Positions 36,321-49,099 of a DNA stretch of 64,000 nucleotides are shown here, one piece after another. Every line of letters starts with the position of its first letter. Within the stretch, counting starts at the first letter, position 1. The stretch comes from Octopus sinensis (Eukaryota), in NCBI RefSeq assembly GCF_006345805.1, contig NC_043002.1:97836001-97900000 (forward strand), read 5' to 3'. The position numbers were made by a program, and so were the translations under genes. Under the pieces are notes generated by a model that saw nothing but the letters and a program-made list of their open reading frames with translations, did no database searches and was not told the DNA's origin.

Positions 36321-39222
36321 TTCACATCCAATGAGAAAACATTCTACAGAGAAAAAGGGAAGGAGAATATAACTGTTGAAGACCGCGTCCTCCTATGGAA
36401 GATGTTGAAAACTTAAAAAAAAATATTTGGAGTAATGAAAAGACCTGCAATGGAAATGGAAACTGGATTAGACACACAGAAAGATCCTACCAAAATTTAC
36501 AAGAAGAAGCATGGGGAGACATTGCAACACCTGACCTAAGGATGACACTACCGAAGGTTCATGGGTGGAAATTTCCTGGTAATGACAGGGTGCCAAATTT
36601 ATGGCTCGCGTCGCTCCCATGTGCACACAAAGAGTTACTTCAGTTATTCAATAAAATTATTCCCGAAGAATAACGAAACCAAATCTCCCCCAAAACCATC
36701 GGCATATAACTTGTCTATTTATCACGAGGCTCATATGGATGTAAAGACCAACTCCTAATCAATCGCAAGATCCTTGAAAACTGTCATAACAAACGCAGAA
36801 ATCTGTTCCGCATGGATTGATTATAAAAAGGCTTTGACAGCATACCGCATTCATGGATCTTGAAATTGCTGGATATCTTCAAAATTTCTCCTGTAATCTT
36901 CAAAATTTCCCCTGTAACTTCCTGAAGCACATGTCATTGTGGAATACGAATCTCCAATTATATCTCTCTAAAGGAGTACTGACCACAAACAATATTAATA
37001 TCAACTGCGGCATTTTCCAAGGTGACTCGCTTTCACCTCTAATTTTTTAAATAGCTCTAATACCGCCCCCAAGTGAACCTAACAGAACGGGGTGTGGGTA
37101 AAAAATTGACAACAAGAAAATAAGTCATCTATTCTATATGGATGACTTAAAACTCTATGGAAAAGACCAAGGACTGCTACATACTGTGAAAGGATGGTAT
37201 TTGGTCTTGGATAAATGTTCCGAGGCCACTTTGCAGAAAGAGAAATTGAAGACCTCACATTCAGTGGTGTTAGATGTTGACAGTTATAAAAGAACTCGAG
37301 CAGGAACAAACTTACAAATACGTTAAGGGCTCTGGCATTCAGCATGCAAGCATAAAAGATGAGATCAGGAAGGAATGTTACAGGAGAATTCGAGCGTTCC
37401 TAAAATCCAATTTAGATCCACGTAACAAAGTGTTAGCGATAAATTCCTTAGAAGTTCCGGTTGATATTTACAGTTTCAGTGTGTTGAACTGGAAAATGAA
37501 CGAAATAAGGAAGGTTGACCGGAAAATCCGTAAGCTGCTGACTTGCAATAAGATGCACCACCCAAAGGAAGATGCAGATCGTCTTTACCTTCCCGGAGCT
37601 CAAGGAGGTCGAGGCTTGATCCAATTTAAAATCGCTTACAAAACCATCAAAATAGGAATGGCAAAATATCTTGAAACATCTAAAGGCTGTATACTAAAGC
37701 TCGTTGAAAATCACAATAAACGTGAAAAGCTTCATTCTGTTATGAAGGAGAGCAAAAAATTTGCCAGTGAATTTATGCATGATACCCAGATTGAACAATA
37801 TGATGGAAGTGCGGTAACTGTAATTGCGAAGAAAGTGAAGTGAATAGCAAAGTAAAATGCGTTTGAACAATTGGCTGATAGGTGGGAACAAAAACCTCTG
37901 CATGGCAAATATGTGCCCCGTAGCAAACAAGCTGATGTAGACCAGGAGCACACCCACCAGTGCCTGCGGAGTTCAGGGCTAGAGCGAAGGCTTAACTTGG
38001 CTACTGAAGATTAGAGCTTATTCACCCGGAACTATGAAGCCAATGTGATAAAAAAATGGAGTAGACCCAAAGTGCCGATACTGCAACGATGGGAACGAAA
38101 CAGTGGACCACCTGATCTCTAGCTGTAAGGTTTAGCACCTGTAGAGTATAAATCAAGAAATGACAGAGTTGGCCAATATCTACTCTGGATAATATGTCGG
38201 CATTATAAAACCAAAACTGCTGACAAATGATACAATCTGTAACTGAGGGAGAAAATGTAACGATTCTTTGGGACCTTCCAGTATGTACAGACCGGACCAT
38301 CAAAACTAATAAATCAGATATTGTTGTAAAAGACCAAAGTAATAAAGTCTGTTTATTGATTGGCATGAACATACCCCGTGGCCATAATATTTTGGCAAAA
38401 GAATTTGGTAAGCTCAAAAAATATAAAGATTTGTTAATCGAATTCGAAAAGATGCGGCATCTCAAGAGCACTTAGAATTATAAAAAACTAGCAGTATCGC
38501 CCGGCGTTGCTCGGGTTTGTAAGGGAAATAACTATATAAGCATTTTTAGAGATGTAAAGTATAATAGCCATCTCAATATGGCTAACCACAGGTAGCTTTT
38601 TTTACAGTAGCTTTTTACGTTCTGAGATTTAATAATAAATTTTTAGAGAGTTACTTCCCTTATATATGCCAAAAATGCATTAAAAATGGAAAAAATTGAT
38701 GGTAAAGTTTTTAAAAAATCATCGTAGACTCATCGTAGACGTGCGCTAATACCCAGAAGGGTTCGATATGAATCACGACTATAAGATACCCGGTTTTGGT
38801 TAAACTGCACAGCAAAATGTGGGAGTAGTTAGGAATCTAAATCGTAGGAGACAGACAGCACACAACCTTACTTTTATATATAAAGACGAGGAACTGAAAA
38901 TTATCTGAGAATGATCCCTCGCTTACCACCCATGCAGGAAGTGAAGAAGAATGTCTTAACTGGAACGTCACACGTTCTGAGAAGAGCATTGTCGCAGTGA
39001 ATTTTCTTTCACTTTTCCCCTTTATTTTCTTTGTTTATTAATTATTATTTTTTTTTCCTTTTCTCAATGTCTTTCTTTTCCTTTTTCTCTATCACATGAC
39101 TTTGTAAATGGACAATCTGGTGTGTTTATTTTAATGACCTACCACCAGTGTATGCAGCGAGTTTCTCTGCTCGAGGTGTCAGGAAGACGCTCGGCAAGAA
39201 ATGGAAACGAATTTGAAAGATG
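36321..39222 (+). mobile_element. Second R4/Dong-like LINE, older, with many stops and indels, interrupted by a Helitron
   Basis: Colinear with 15374-18023 (CGIFQGDSLSPLIF, MDDLKLY, LHGKY, TIKTNKSDIVVKDQ, KEFGKLKKYKDL); preceded by (AAT)n(GAT)n and followed by (TAC)n; different 3'-UTR body but shared terminal motif. Confidence 0.9.
38488..38886 (-). mobile_element. Non-autonomous Helitron H1 inserted in the LINE endonuclease region
   Basis: CTAG at 38488-38491 plus hairpin; 5' TCTTTATATATAAAAG ends at 38886; LINE sequence (GGAACTGAAAATTATCTGAGAATGATCCC) resumes within a few nt; no TSD. Confidence 0.9.
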
Positions 39223-39228
39223 ATACTA

Positions 39229-39276
<48 letters not shown>
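39223..39276 (+). repeat. (TAC)n tract at the 3' end of the second Dong-like copy
   Basis: Seen directly. Confidence 0.95.
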
Positions 39277-39599
39277 ATGTGTCTACATCCATACGAATGA
39301 AGTACTCTGTAATATTCGTTCTACACTGAGTTAATAAATACGGGTTTGTAATTTTTCGTCACGTTCCGAGGTTTTAACGCTTTTGCCAATATACGTAAAC
39401 GCATCGGAACCCGCTTATAATTACGTATGATCTCATCAGGCGGTGATTACCAAATTTGGTGGATCGAAAGTCTTCATCCGAAAGTGATCACAATATGTGC
39501 CTTCTACAGTATATATATACTCACACACACACACATGAATATAGCTAGGTATATATATATATATATATAATATATATATATATATATAATATAATATCT

Positions 39600-39637
<38 letters not shown>

Positions 39638-39651
39638 CTAGGTGTATATAT

Positions 39652-39693
<42 letters not shown>

Positions 39694-39806
39694 GTTAACA
39701 GTTATCACCAAGCTAATATGGCAGTTCATAAATATAGGACTAAAGCTGCCGTTGTTAATATCCAGTACCGCTTCCGTAGTCTCCTTTAGAGTGAGAGTTA
39801 GAAATA

Positions 39807-39850
<44 letters not shown>

Positions 39851-40256
39851 ATCAGTGTGTGTCAGTACGCATACACATATAGCTTTGCTATAAAAGAATC
39901 GAAACAATCAATGTATGGAAACATCCATATATGAACTTGTATCTATATACGACACGCCCCTGTATCCATACATCTAATTGTGTTTATGATAAATTTTAAC
40001 ATAAAATCTTCAGCGAAATTTGAAGGAAATATGTTAAAGAGGGTATGAATTCCAGTATTTGATTGGTACTTATTTTGTTAAGACCAAAAGGATGAAAGAC
40101 GTAAACCAACGTCGGTGAGAACTGAACTCAGAACACGAGACGCGATTAAATGAGGCAAAAAACATTGCACCTGATGCTGTGGTGAGTCTTGCAATCAATC
40201 AGCAGCTGGTAACTTGTTACCCTTGACTTATATTTCATGAAGCATGCAGAGAAAGT

Positions 40257-40312
<56 letters not shown>

Positions 40313-40437
40313 TGTGTGTGTGTGAAAGGCAGGATATATAGCATATATGTGCGTGCGTGAGAAGTCATAAGATAGTAAGAAGAAACAGAATCAGAACTTT
40401 TACGCTTATGAGCGTGGAAACACATTCATAACTCGTT

Positions 40438-40528
<91 letters not shown>

Positions 40529-40961
40529 CGTATATATACTTAAGTATATATGTGTGTATTTTTATGTATATATACACGCATGTATATATATGTGTGTGTA
40601 TATGTATATACATACATACGCTCTCATACTATATGCATTTGTATATACCTGTGTGTGTGTGTGTGATTGTGTGTGTGTATGTGTGGGCGTGTGAGCTCTA
40701 GCGCACATGGAGTACGTTGTAGCTGAAAAACATACTACACATTCCGTAATGTAGACACAAAGTAACTTTGATTGATAACAATAACATTTGCTAATGTATA
40801 TCCTTTATGAGTGAGGTATTTTAATATATATTTTAAATATTTTGAACACCCAGTCTTTATGTACGATCTACTTATATCTAGATTCGCTTTCTCAGCATAT
40901 CTTCTTGTAAACAATCTTCAAATGGGTATTTGAGTGTGTATGTGTGTGTGTGTGAATGTGT

Positions 40962-41001
<40 letters not shown>

Positions 41002-41979
41002 TCTTTCCTTTATTCTTTTACTTGTTTGTCATTTGACTGCCGCAATGCTAGAGCATCCCCAGGACTTATTCTTTACAAGCCTAATACTTATTTTATCGGT
41101 CTCTCTTGCCATGTATATATATTTATAAATACGTATGTGTGTTTGTGTGTGGAGGTATGAATGTATGTGCGCGTGTGTCTGTTGAAAAACTCATTCTCTC
41201 TCTTCTGTATTAAATTTAACTGTAATATATTCTAATTTGCCCTGAATGCTTGCACACTTATATTCTGAAATAATATTGCTGTGTCTGCCTATTGAAAGTA
41301 ATATCAGTTTCTGACGATCTTTGTGAATTTGGCGAAAGCAAAGTTTCTCTGCTAAACCCAATAAATCTATTAACATGTTATATAACTTAATATGATTTAA
41401 TATGTGTGTGTGTATATGTGTGTCTATATGTGTGATGATAAGTTTTAGAAAAACAAACGTGTGTTTAACTGAAATATATATGAGAATATCAGAGTTTACA
41501 GAGTTTAGAATTTGGTACAAAGCCGTATGTATTTTAAACGCCTTCTATTGGATTGCAAAAGATTTTATTGTGACAGTTGTTTAAATTCCAATCCACCCTG
41601 ATGAAGCAGATCTATGATCAACAACATTGTGCATACATTCCATACTTCATGCTTTTCTTTTCATGAAGTAGACACCATTACGCAATCGAAACGGTAAAAC
41701 CAGAGGGAACTAATTACGGTTTATGTCGGAATATAGTCCGTACAAAACGTCACAAAATGAAAGCAGCTTCTTTAATGCTTCAGACAAGGCACTTCATCGG
41801 AGATATACGAAGAATACTATCACGGCTAATACTAAATAACCCTCTCTAATCAGGAAGATAGAATGAAACTGTTGTTACTGATTAGTATTAGTATTAACGT
41901 GATCGAGAATATATTTGATCAAAGGCATTCCGTCCGTGACCATCTTGACTTTCTAGGGTTATGTTTTATTTATTTATTT

Positions 41980-42289
41980 ATGCGCCCTTTTCAAGCCTAG
42001 CCAGGCTCATGGGCCCGGTTTCCCGGTTTCTGTAGCGTTGGCGTATGTGTCTCCCCCAGCTGGACGGGACGCCAGTCCATCGTAGCGTTGCTCAAGAAAC
42101 AGGAAGAGAGAGTGAGAGAACGTTGGGGCGAAAGAGTACAACAGGGGTCGCAACCACCCCTGCCGGATCCTCGTGGAGCTTTTAGGTGTTTTGGCTCAAT
42201 AAACACACACAACACCCGGTCTGGGAATCGAAATGCAATCCTTCGACCGTGAGTCCGCTGCCCTAACCACTAGGCCATTGCACCTCCAC
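41980..42289 (-). mobile_element. SINE with family-A tRNA-Arg-like head but a different 3' tail
   Basis: Head and about 170 nt match family A; the tail (CGATGGACTGGCGTCCCGTCCAGCTGGGG..GGAAACCGGGCCCATGAGCC) is unrelated to the family A tail. Confidence 0.8.
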
Positions 42290-42599
42290 TAAGATTATGT
42301 AGTAAATCATTATCTAACGATTCCTTTTCCTAGTGTAAAACGGTAAAGTATGAGTTGGAAGAAAATTTTACAGCTATTTGTGGCAGATCATCAAGTAACT
42401 CCCTTCAACGTCTTCTGCTAAGAAGTGTAACGCCACCGAGAACGAATTAGTTTTAGCGGAGATCAGGGTATTAGTAGTGTGACGAAGAGATGAGTTATAA
42501 AATTAGTGACTATTTGAAGGCGAGACAATTAGGGCTGTGTGTATGTGTGAGTGTGTGAGTGTAATTGTGTGCGTTTGTGTATTTGTTTGTGCGTGTATG

Positions 42600-42636
<37 letters not shown>

Positions 42637-44134
42637 AAGATAGTTTTGGAGGAGTGAGCGAAAAGAAAACAATGGAAGTGAACGCAACGTATATTAAAAG
42701 TGAGATTAGATATTTAAGGTGTAGGAAAGTAGTTAGACAGGGCCTGGGAATGTTGCTTACGTCCACATGCACGTTTACATGTTATAACAGCCAAAATAGG
42801 GATTCAAATGATAGTCGTTCGTTGATATTGCCTTTCCCAGTCGCATAACTAGTTCTACTCAATCATTTGATAATTACAGAATTGAATATGTTAATAACTT
42901 GACTATTGTCTTCCATATTGATGACAACCCTGAGAAACATCTCCCAGCAATTGTTTCCTTAAAATATGCTAATTTTGTTTACCCACTCGTACACAATATG
43001 TTACATTTACATATTTTACATCTACTTCAGCAAGTAAAGTCTGTGCTTCATTGAAGAGCTCTAATATGAAGGATACATGTTCGGAGTGGTGTAGAGTGGT
43101 GTAAGGTGAAGGAAGGAAGAAACAGTTAAAAAATAGCGAGGCTGGGATGAAATAAGTGAAATAATATTTGTCATTGACTAATATTTTCTTCAGTATGATT
43201 GCCTCTAATGACCCATATTAATCATTGCTTAAATGCGGTTGCACTAACATGACAAAATACGGCTTCTAAGGGTTTGATGGGTGTGAGATCAAAGGTCGAA
43301 GTAAGAACAAATATAGTTAAGGTAAAATCAGAAATCTAAAGAAACTGTGTTGGTAAAAATTAATTCATATGAGAGTTTGTAAAAGCGTTTTGTAAACTGA
43401 TCTGCGTGGGGTGTGAATAGTCTAAAATTTCAGAACATTGCTTCGCGAAAATACAGAATGTATTGCTGTTTTTGTTGCAAGTTAATGAAGGAAGAATGGA
43501 ATGACTTAACGATGTAACTAAACAATGTGATGATGGAATGGCGATGGGTTGGAAGCGAAGTCGGAAGACAGGGACAAATGTCAGTGAAAGATGGGGGTGT
43601 GTGGTATGGAAAGTGAAAAAAGACGGAGGAAGTAACGAATAGGGAAAATGGTAGAAGGGTCCAAAGTTGGCAGCAAAATCGAAGTGTAATTGGAGAATAA
43701 TGGTAATAACTGGTTCGAATGAAAATAGAAGATAATGGGGAAGTACTGGGCAAGGCGCTCGGGCATACACACGCACACGCACACACGCACACACACGCAC
43801 ACACACACACAAGTATAACTATTCTGAGTTTGGCAATTTTACTTACACCAACACGTTCAGTAACACACTTTAAACAATAAAAGTAGGAATTTTTAAATTG
43901 CAAATACTTTGAAACAGTAAGGTGAATTAGAAAAATAAGGTGCGTTCATTAATATCTGCGGGCGGAGATGTGCCTAGAATAAAAGAAAAAAAGAAAGAAA
44001 ATGAAGCGTTTTTCTCTGTCTTTGCAGGTACAGGGAGCGGTGTGGTACAGTATATGATAATTCCACAAATCTTGAGGTGGGTCAAAGAATGATGGACTGC
44101 TGAGTTGAAGTATGAAATTACGAGTTTTGACAGT

Positions 44135-44360
44135 GCGAGCTGGCAGAGTCGTTAGCACGCCGGGCGAAATGCTTAGCGGTATTTCGTCGGCCGTTACGTT
44201 CTGAGTTCAAATTCCGCCGAGGTCAACTTTGCCTTTCATCATTTCGGGGTCGATTAAATAAGTACCAGTTAGGCACTGGGGTTGATATATTCGACTTAAT
44301 CCGTTTGTCTGTCCTTGTTTGTCCCTTCTATGTTTAGCCCCTTGTGGGTAGTAAAGAAAT
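44135..44360 (+). mobile_element. SINE family M
   Basis: 15-bp TSD GAGTTTTGACAGTGC at 44122-44136 and 44362-44376. Confidence 0.9.
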
Positions 44361-44593
44361 AGAGTTTTGACAGTGCTCGTCTGCTATTTCTAGCGTCGAC
44401 GAGATGCTATTACATAGATGAATGATTCTCGGTCGGAGTCAACTGCACATTTCTTTAGTTGGCAATGTGCAATAAGTCGGACACTTGGAGTCTGTCCACG
44501 GAAGTTTCTGACGGTTTCACGCACAAATTCAACATTCAGAAATATGATTTCCTTCTCATGATTCTCTTCTCTTATTCTATCAAATATTTACTT

Positions 44594-45018
44594 TTTTACT
44601 CTTTTACTTGTTTCAGTCATTTGACTGCAGCCATGCTGGAGCACCGCCTTTTAGTCGAGCAAATCGACCCCAGGATTTATTCTTTGTAAGCCTAGTACTT
44701 ATTCTATCGGTCTCTTTTTTGCCGAACCGCTAAGTTACGGGGACGTAAACACACCTGCATCGGTTGTCAAGCGATGTTGGGGGGATAAACACAAACACAC
44801 CAACATATACACACACATACATATGCATACATACATACATATATATACATATATACGACAGGCTTCCCTCAGTTTCCGTCTACCAAATCCACTCACAAGG
44901 CTTTGGTCGGCCCGAAGCTATAGTAGAAGACACTTGCCCAAGGTGCCACGCAGTGGGACTGAACCCGGAACCATGTGGTTGGTAAGCAAGCTACTTACCA
45001 CACAGCCACTCCTGCACC
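44594..45018 (-). mobile_element. SINE family C, full length
   Basis: Minus strand GGTGCAGGAGTGGCTGTGTGGTAAG..GGGTTCAGTCCC..CCTTGGGCAAGTGTCTT..(TA/TG)n..CAGCATGGC..AGTCAAATGACTGAAACAAGTAAAAGA. Confidence 0.9.
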
Positions 45019-45326
45019 TATTTAAAAAAAAAAAGCACTGGGGTCAATTCATTCGACCAAAATTCTTTAAGGCGGTGCCCCAGCATGGCCGAAGTGTAAT
45101 GACTGAAACAAGTGAAGGATAGAAGATAAAGGAACGTACAGTGATTCACCTACATCAAATGTGATTTTCTTGACAATTGCAAAACCCGGTAAACCATATA
45201 ACAGTGGCGTCCAAGGCAATTTCCACGGTCATGAAGCAGAGTACACATGAACGTACCAAGATCAGTCTTTGAACGCATCAGTATCAAGCTTATTAATGAC
45301 GTCTGAAGTCGTGGAAAAAAATCACA

Positions 45327-47022
45327 GGTGCAGGCGTGGCTATATAGTAAGAAGCTTGCCTCCCAACCGTATGGTTTCGGGTTCAGTCCCACTGCGTGAT
45401 ACCTTGGGCAAGTGTCTTCTACTGCTGTGTTTCCCAAACTGTTCGCGCCAAATTACAATATCGCCCTCCTATCGGCCCAAAAATGCTACATCGCCCACCT
45501 ATGTAAAAAAAAAAAACCTGACCCCACCACAGAATCCCTCAAGGTCCCCTCTTGTATCTTTTGACACACACACCCTATATCGTAGACTCGTTGCTCTGTT
45601 AGTGCAGTTTGTACTAACTATGCGTTTGTTTACAAATCCCTTATTGTAGATTTAGTTTTGTCATTAGCGTTAATAAAATTCTAACGTTAACTTTATATAT
45701 TTTCAGACAAACTTCTGGAAACTTGCGCTTTCTTTTACGCTGATTTTCATTTTCTTCAAATGAACCGTTGATCAGAACTATCGATGTAAAAATAATTAAT
45801 GATTGTATTATAAAGGAACAGAATAAAACTTATTAATGAGAACCATGTGTCTGGTGCGATGCAACTAGTGCAGATACATTCGGGTTCAAACTTGCCAACT
45901 TTAGCCGCAAGTCTCTTCATTGTGTCACATCCAGCCCAATTCTTTTATGGGAAAGTAAAGTTCCTACATGGTTAAAACCAGATTCAACCAGGTATAAGGT
46001 AGGGAAGGCAAGCAAAAGTAATTTCAGATGTTTCCACAGACTGGAGTAGGAATTCAATATACTCTAATGATAACACAAACCTTCTTTGCAATTACGGCGA
46101 TATCGCATTGTGGCGTCATTGTCATTTTGTAATTCTATCAATTCCTCCTGAACGCCATTTCGCAATTGACTGCGTCGACCTCAAACGGATTGCTATACCA
46201 ATTTGGAATATTCAGCACAATAACATCTTGAAATCGCTCCACCATGTCATCATGCAATGATTGTAAATAGTTGTGATATGTAGTTAAATCCTCATCAATC
46301 AGTTTATCTTTCAAAGAATCAAGTTGTAGAAATTGATGGAAATGGCACTTTGAAATGTTAGTCTTCTGCAGCACCAATTTCGAAATGAAGGTAGTAATAA
46401 ATGATTTACAATCAACGAGAGTTTTTTCTGTTTCCTTACAATAACTTATTCAAATCGTTTAATTTTGTGAATATATCACGAAGAAAACGATATCGCACCT
46501 TGCAGCCATCAGTGAAGTGGATAGTGGAGTATCTTCATAGAAAGATATGATTATATGAAACAGTTCAACAAAGCGTAAAATACAGTTTCATTTTGAAAGC
46601 CACCGCTCTTCGATATGGTATAAGAATTTAGTATGGTCCTCATCATTTCTCAGACAGAGAATTCGATCAGGCAAGAGACTGGACTTCAATTTGTTCAGTC
46701 TTGATAACTAACTGCAGTGCATCATTCATGTGCGTGCGTGTGTGTGTAATTTTAAATTGCAAATACTTTGAAACAGTAAGGTGAATGAGAAAATTTGTGC
46801 TTGTCCCTCTACCCTACTACAGGTTGAAAGCCGGTGTTGATATATTAATGTCACCATTGCTTCTTGACTTCTTATCCAGTAAAAAAGGCGGTAGAGAACG
46901 TACCAATTTTTTTCTTCTGTTTTAAAAATGTACTGAGTTCAATTTGTTCGACGAAACAATTCAAACCTATGCCCCAGCATGGCAGCAGTACAATGACTGA
47001 TACACATAAAAGAGTAAAAGAG
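45327..47022 (+). mobile_element. Family C SINE split by a hAT relic (5' half 45327-45424, 3' half about 46801-47022)
   Basis: The head ends at AAGTGTCTTCTACT directly before the hAT terminus; a diverged family C tail reappears at 46801. Confidence 0.65.
45425..46728 (-). pseudogene. Buster/Charlie-type hAT transposase relic, C-terminal half, with one terminal repeat
   Basis: Minus-strand translations NDEDHTKFLYHIEERWLS (cf. HTEVRWLS), FLRDIFTKLNDLNKLL, LQSLHDDMVERFQD..WYSNPF and VESGFNHV..LLSHKR; terminus CTGTGTTTCCCAAACT resembles the CAGTGTTTCCCAAA hAT TIR. Confidence 0.75.
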
Positions 47023-48824
47023 TTAAAAAAGTTAAGCATCAGCAAATGAGAAGTGGCTTGCAGGATGATTTGTGAAAAAAAAAAAGTATGTGTTAATGAT
47101 ATTTATATTATGTTGACGATGTTGGCAGACTGTAACGATAAAGAGGAAACAATTCATAAGCTTAGAAAACCACCTCCGGCAAGAAACATTCACCAGAAAT
47201 ACAAATAAAACGTCTCGTCGAACCGATTTAATTATTATAATGGGGATGGTTAACGAGGTGTTAGAAAGGAACAGTCAGAGGAAGAGGTAACAGAACGGAA
47301 AGGACTTAACATGTTAGTTGCAATTCATTTCTTTGTTTTGTTTGTTGTTGTTTTTTACTAAAGGACGCTGTAGAAGCGTGGAGTGGCTTTATCACTTTTG
47401 TTTCTTATATGGAAATGTAACTACTTCTAAGTAAACAGAAGATAAGTAATAAAACAGCTATATAAAGCTTATCAGAATTAAAAAAAACAACGGCAACCAC
47501 CCTTAATCTTTTCTTGGAATAAATCTACATCAAGCTGGACCAACCACTCCTTTAAAACCAAACATCGGTTACAAAACCTTGCCCTAAACACATACATTAA
47601 AACTAGAACATGTCTTATATCAGTAAGAAACCCTCTTCCTACGCACGCCGCCACTTTACGTGCCTCCACTAGGAAGTTCAACAAAAACAATGTCTCGTAT
47701 CTCATCTTGATGCAAACATCTCTTTCTCTAACCAAAGGAGTGTTTTTCCTTTTGAGAAATTACTAATTAGACAAAAAAGCAAACAAACCATTCAGATAAA
47801 CCTCAGTGACATTGGCGTATGGGATAAGAAAATTTAAAGCAGATATAAGTTCTTGCCTCTTATCAATGTAATGGCTTTATCGATCACACATATTTTTAGC
47901 ACAGAAACTGGAAGACCCTATAAATTAGTCACCACTGTAAATCGTACTTCATAAATGTTTGATTGATCTAGGAAGGTGGGCACACCTCTAGCACCCTACG
48001 GAATAGTGATGACTAAAGTGGTTCTTACTACTTCCTAGGAAGCGAGTATCAAGCGTTAACTGATGTATGTATATCAATGATTAAAAACGGATTTGCTTCG
48101 TATTTTTAAAATTCATCTTGATAAATGTTTCAAGACAATTACGTTCAAAGTGTCTAGACGTAAATATGTTACTGTACACAACTATTTATTTGAATTGTCA
48201 ATGAATATAAATGACGGTCGTTGCCATTGTATGTTATTAAGTTTGTAATGTCTTCAACAAGCAAACGCAACATTTTGAACATAATAATTTTTTATTTATT
48301 TTTGCAAGAAACGATATTTTAAAAATAAGAAAATGAAAATTATTAAAATATTCAATTTGTAGTTTAAATAAAGCAAATAGATTTTAATCGCTAGTTTTTT
48401 TTTTTTACACTACTACTTGTGATCGTTTAAACACGTCATCAATAGTGTTAAGCAAGGCCATTAGGTGGTTCATGTGTTCAACAGTCAGTGTTGATCAAGC
48501 CGTAGCTTGTGTCCACTTAGCACACACTATCCCAGCTAGTACTACAAAGTTCATGGCCCGTCCCTCCTGAATCATAATCACTTTGAAGCAACAAGCTACC
48601 TTCGGAGGCAACTTGGTGACCTTCTGTCTACGGTCCCAGTGATGGCCAGCGTATTACTGGCTCAGTAGTGGGTCTGGCCGGCAAACCACTCTGCGAATAT
48701 TACATATAAAATAATTCTTTCTATTATAGGTACAGGGCCTGAAATTTTTGGTGAGTGGGTTAGTATTTTATCTGGTGTGGGTCACCATTCTGCGCGCTGC
48801 CTTAATTTCATTTAAAATAATATT

Positions 48825-48965
48825 GGTTTCAAATTTTGGCACAAGGCCAGCAGTTTCGGAGAAGTGGGTAAGTCGATTACATCGAACCCAGTGCTCAACT
48901 GGTACTTATTTTATCGACCACGAAAGAATGGAAGGCAAAGTTGACCTCAATGGAATTTGAACTCA
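48825..48965 (-). mobile_element. SINE family M, partial and diverged
   Basis: GTCGATTACATCGAACCCAGTG..TGGTACTTATTTTATCGACC.CGAAAG.ATGGAAGGCAAAGTTGACCTC. Confidence 0.75.
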
Positions 48966-49068
48966 GTCTTGTTAAAATGTTCAGTTTAGCTTCCCCATTC
49001 TAGTGTGTGCGTGAGTATGTCTCTGTGTGAGAATGTGAGTGTATGTTTGTGTGCATATATGAATACAT

Positions 49069-49099
<31 letters not shown>

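Noticed and set aside
48420-48710. GC-richer stretch that might be an exon or transposase remnant
   Set aside because: Stops in the frames examined and no motif I can identify.
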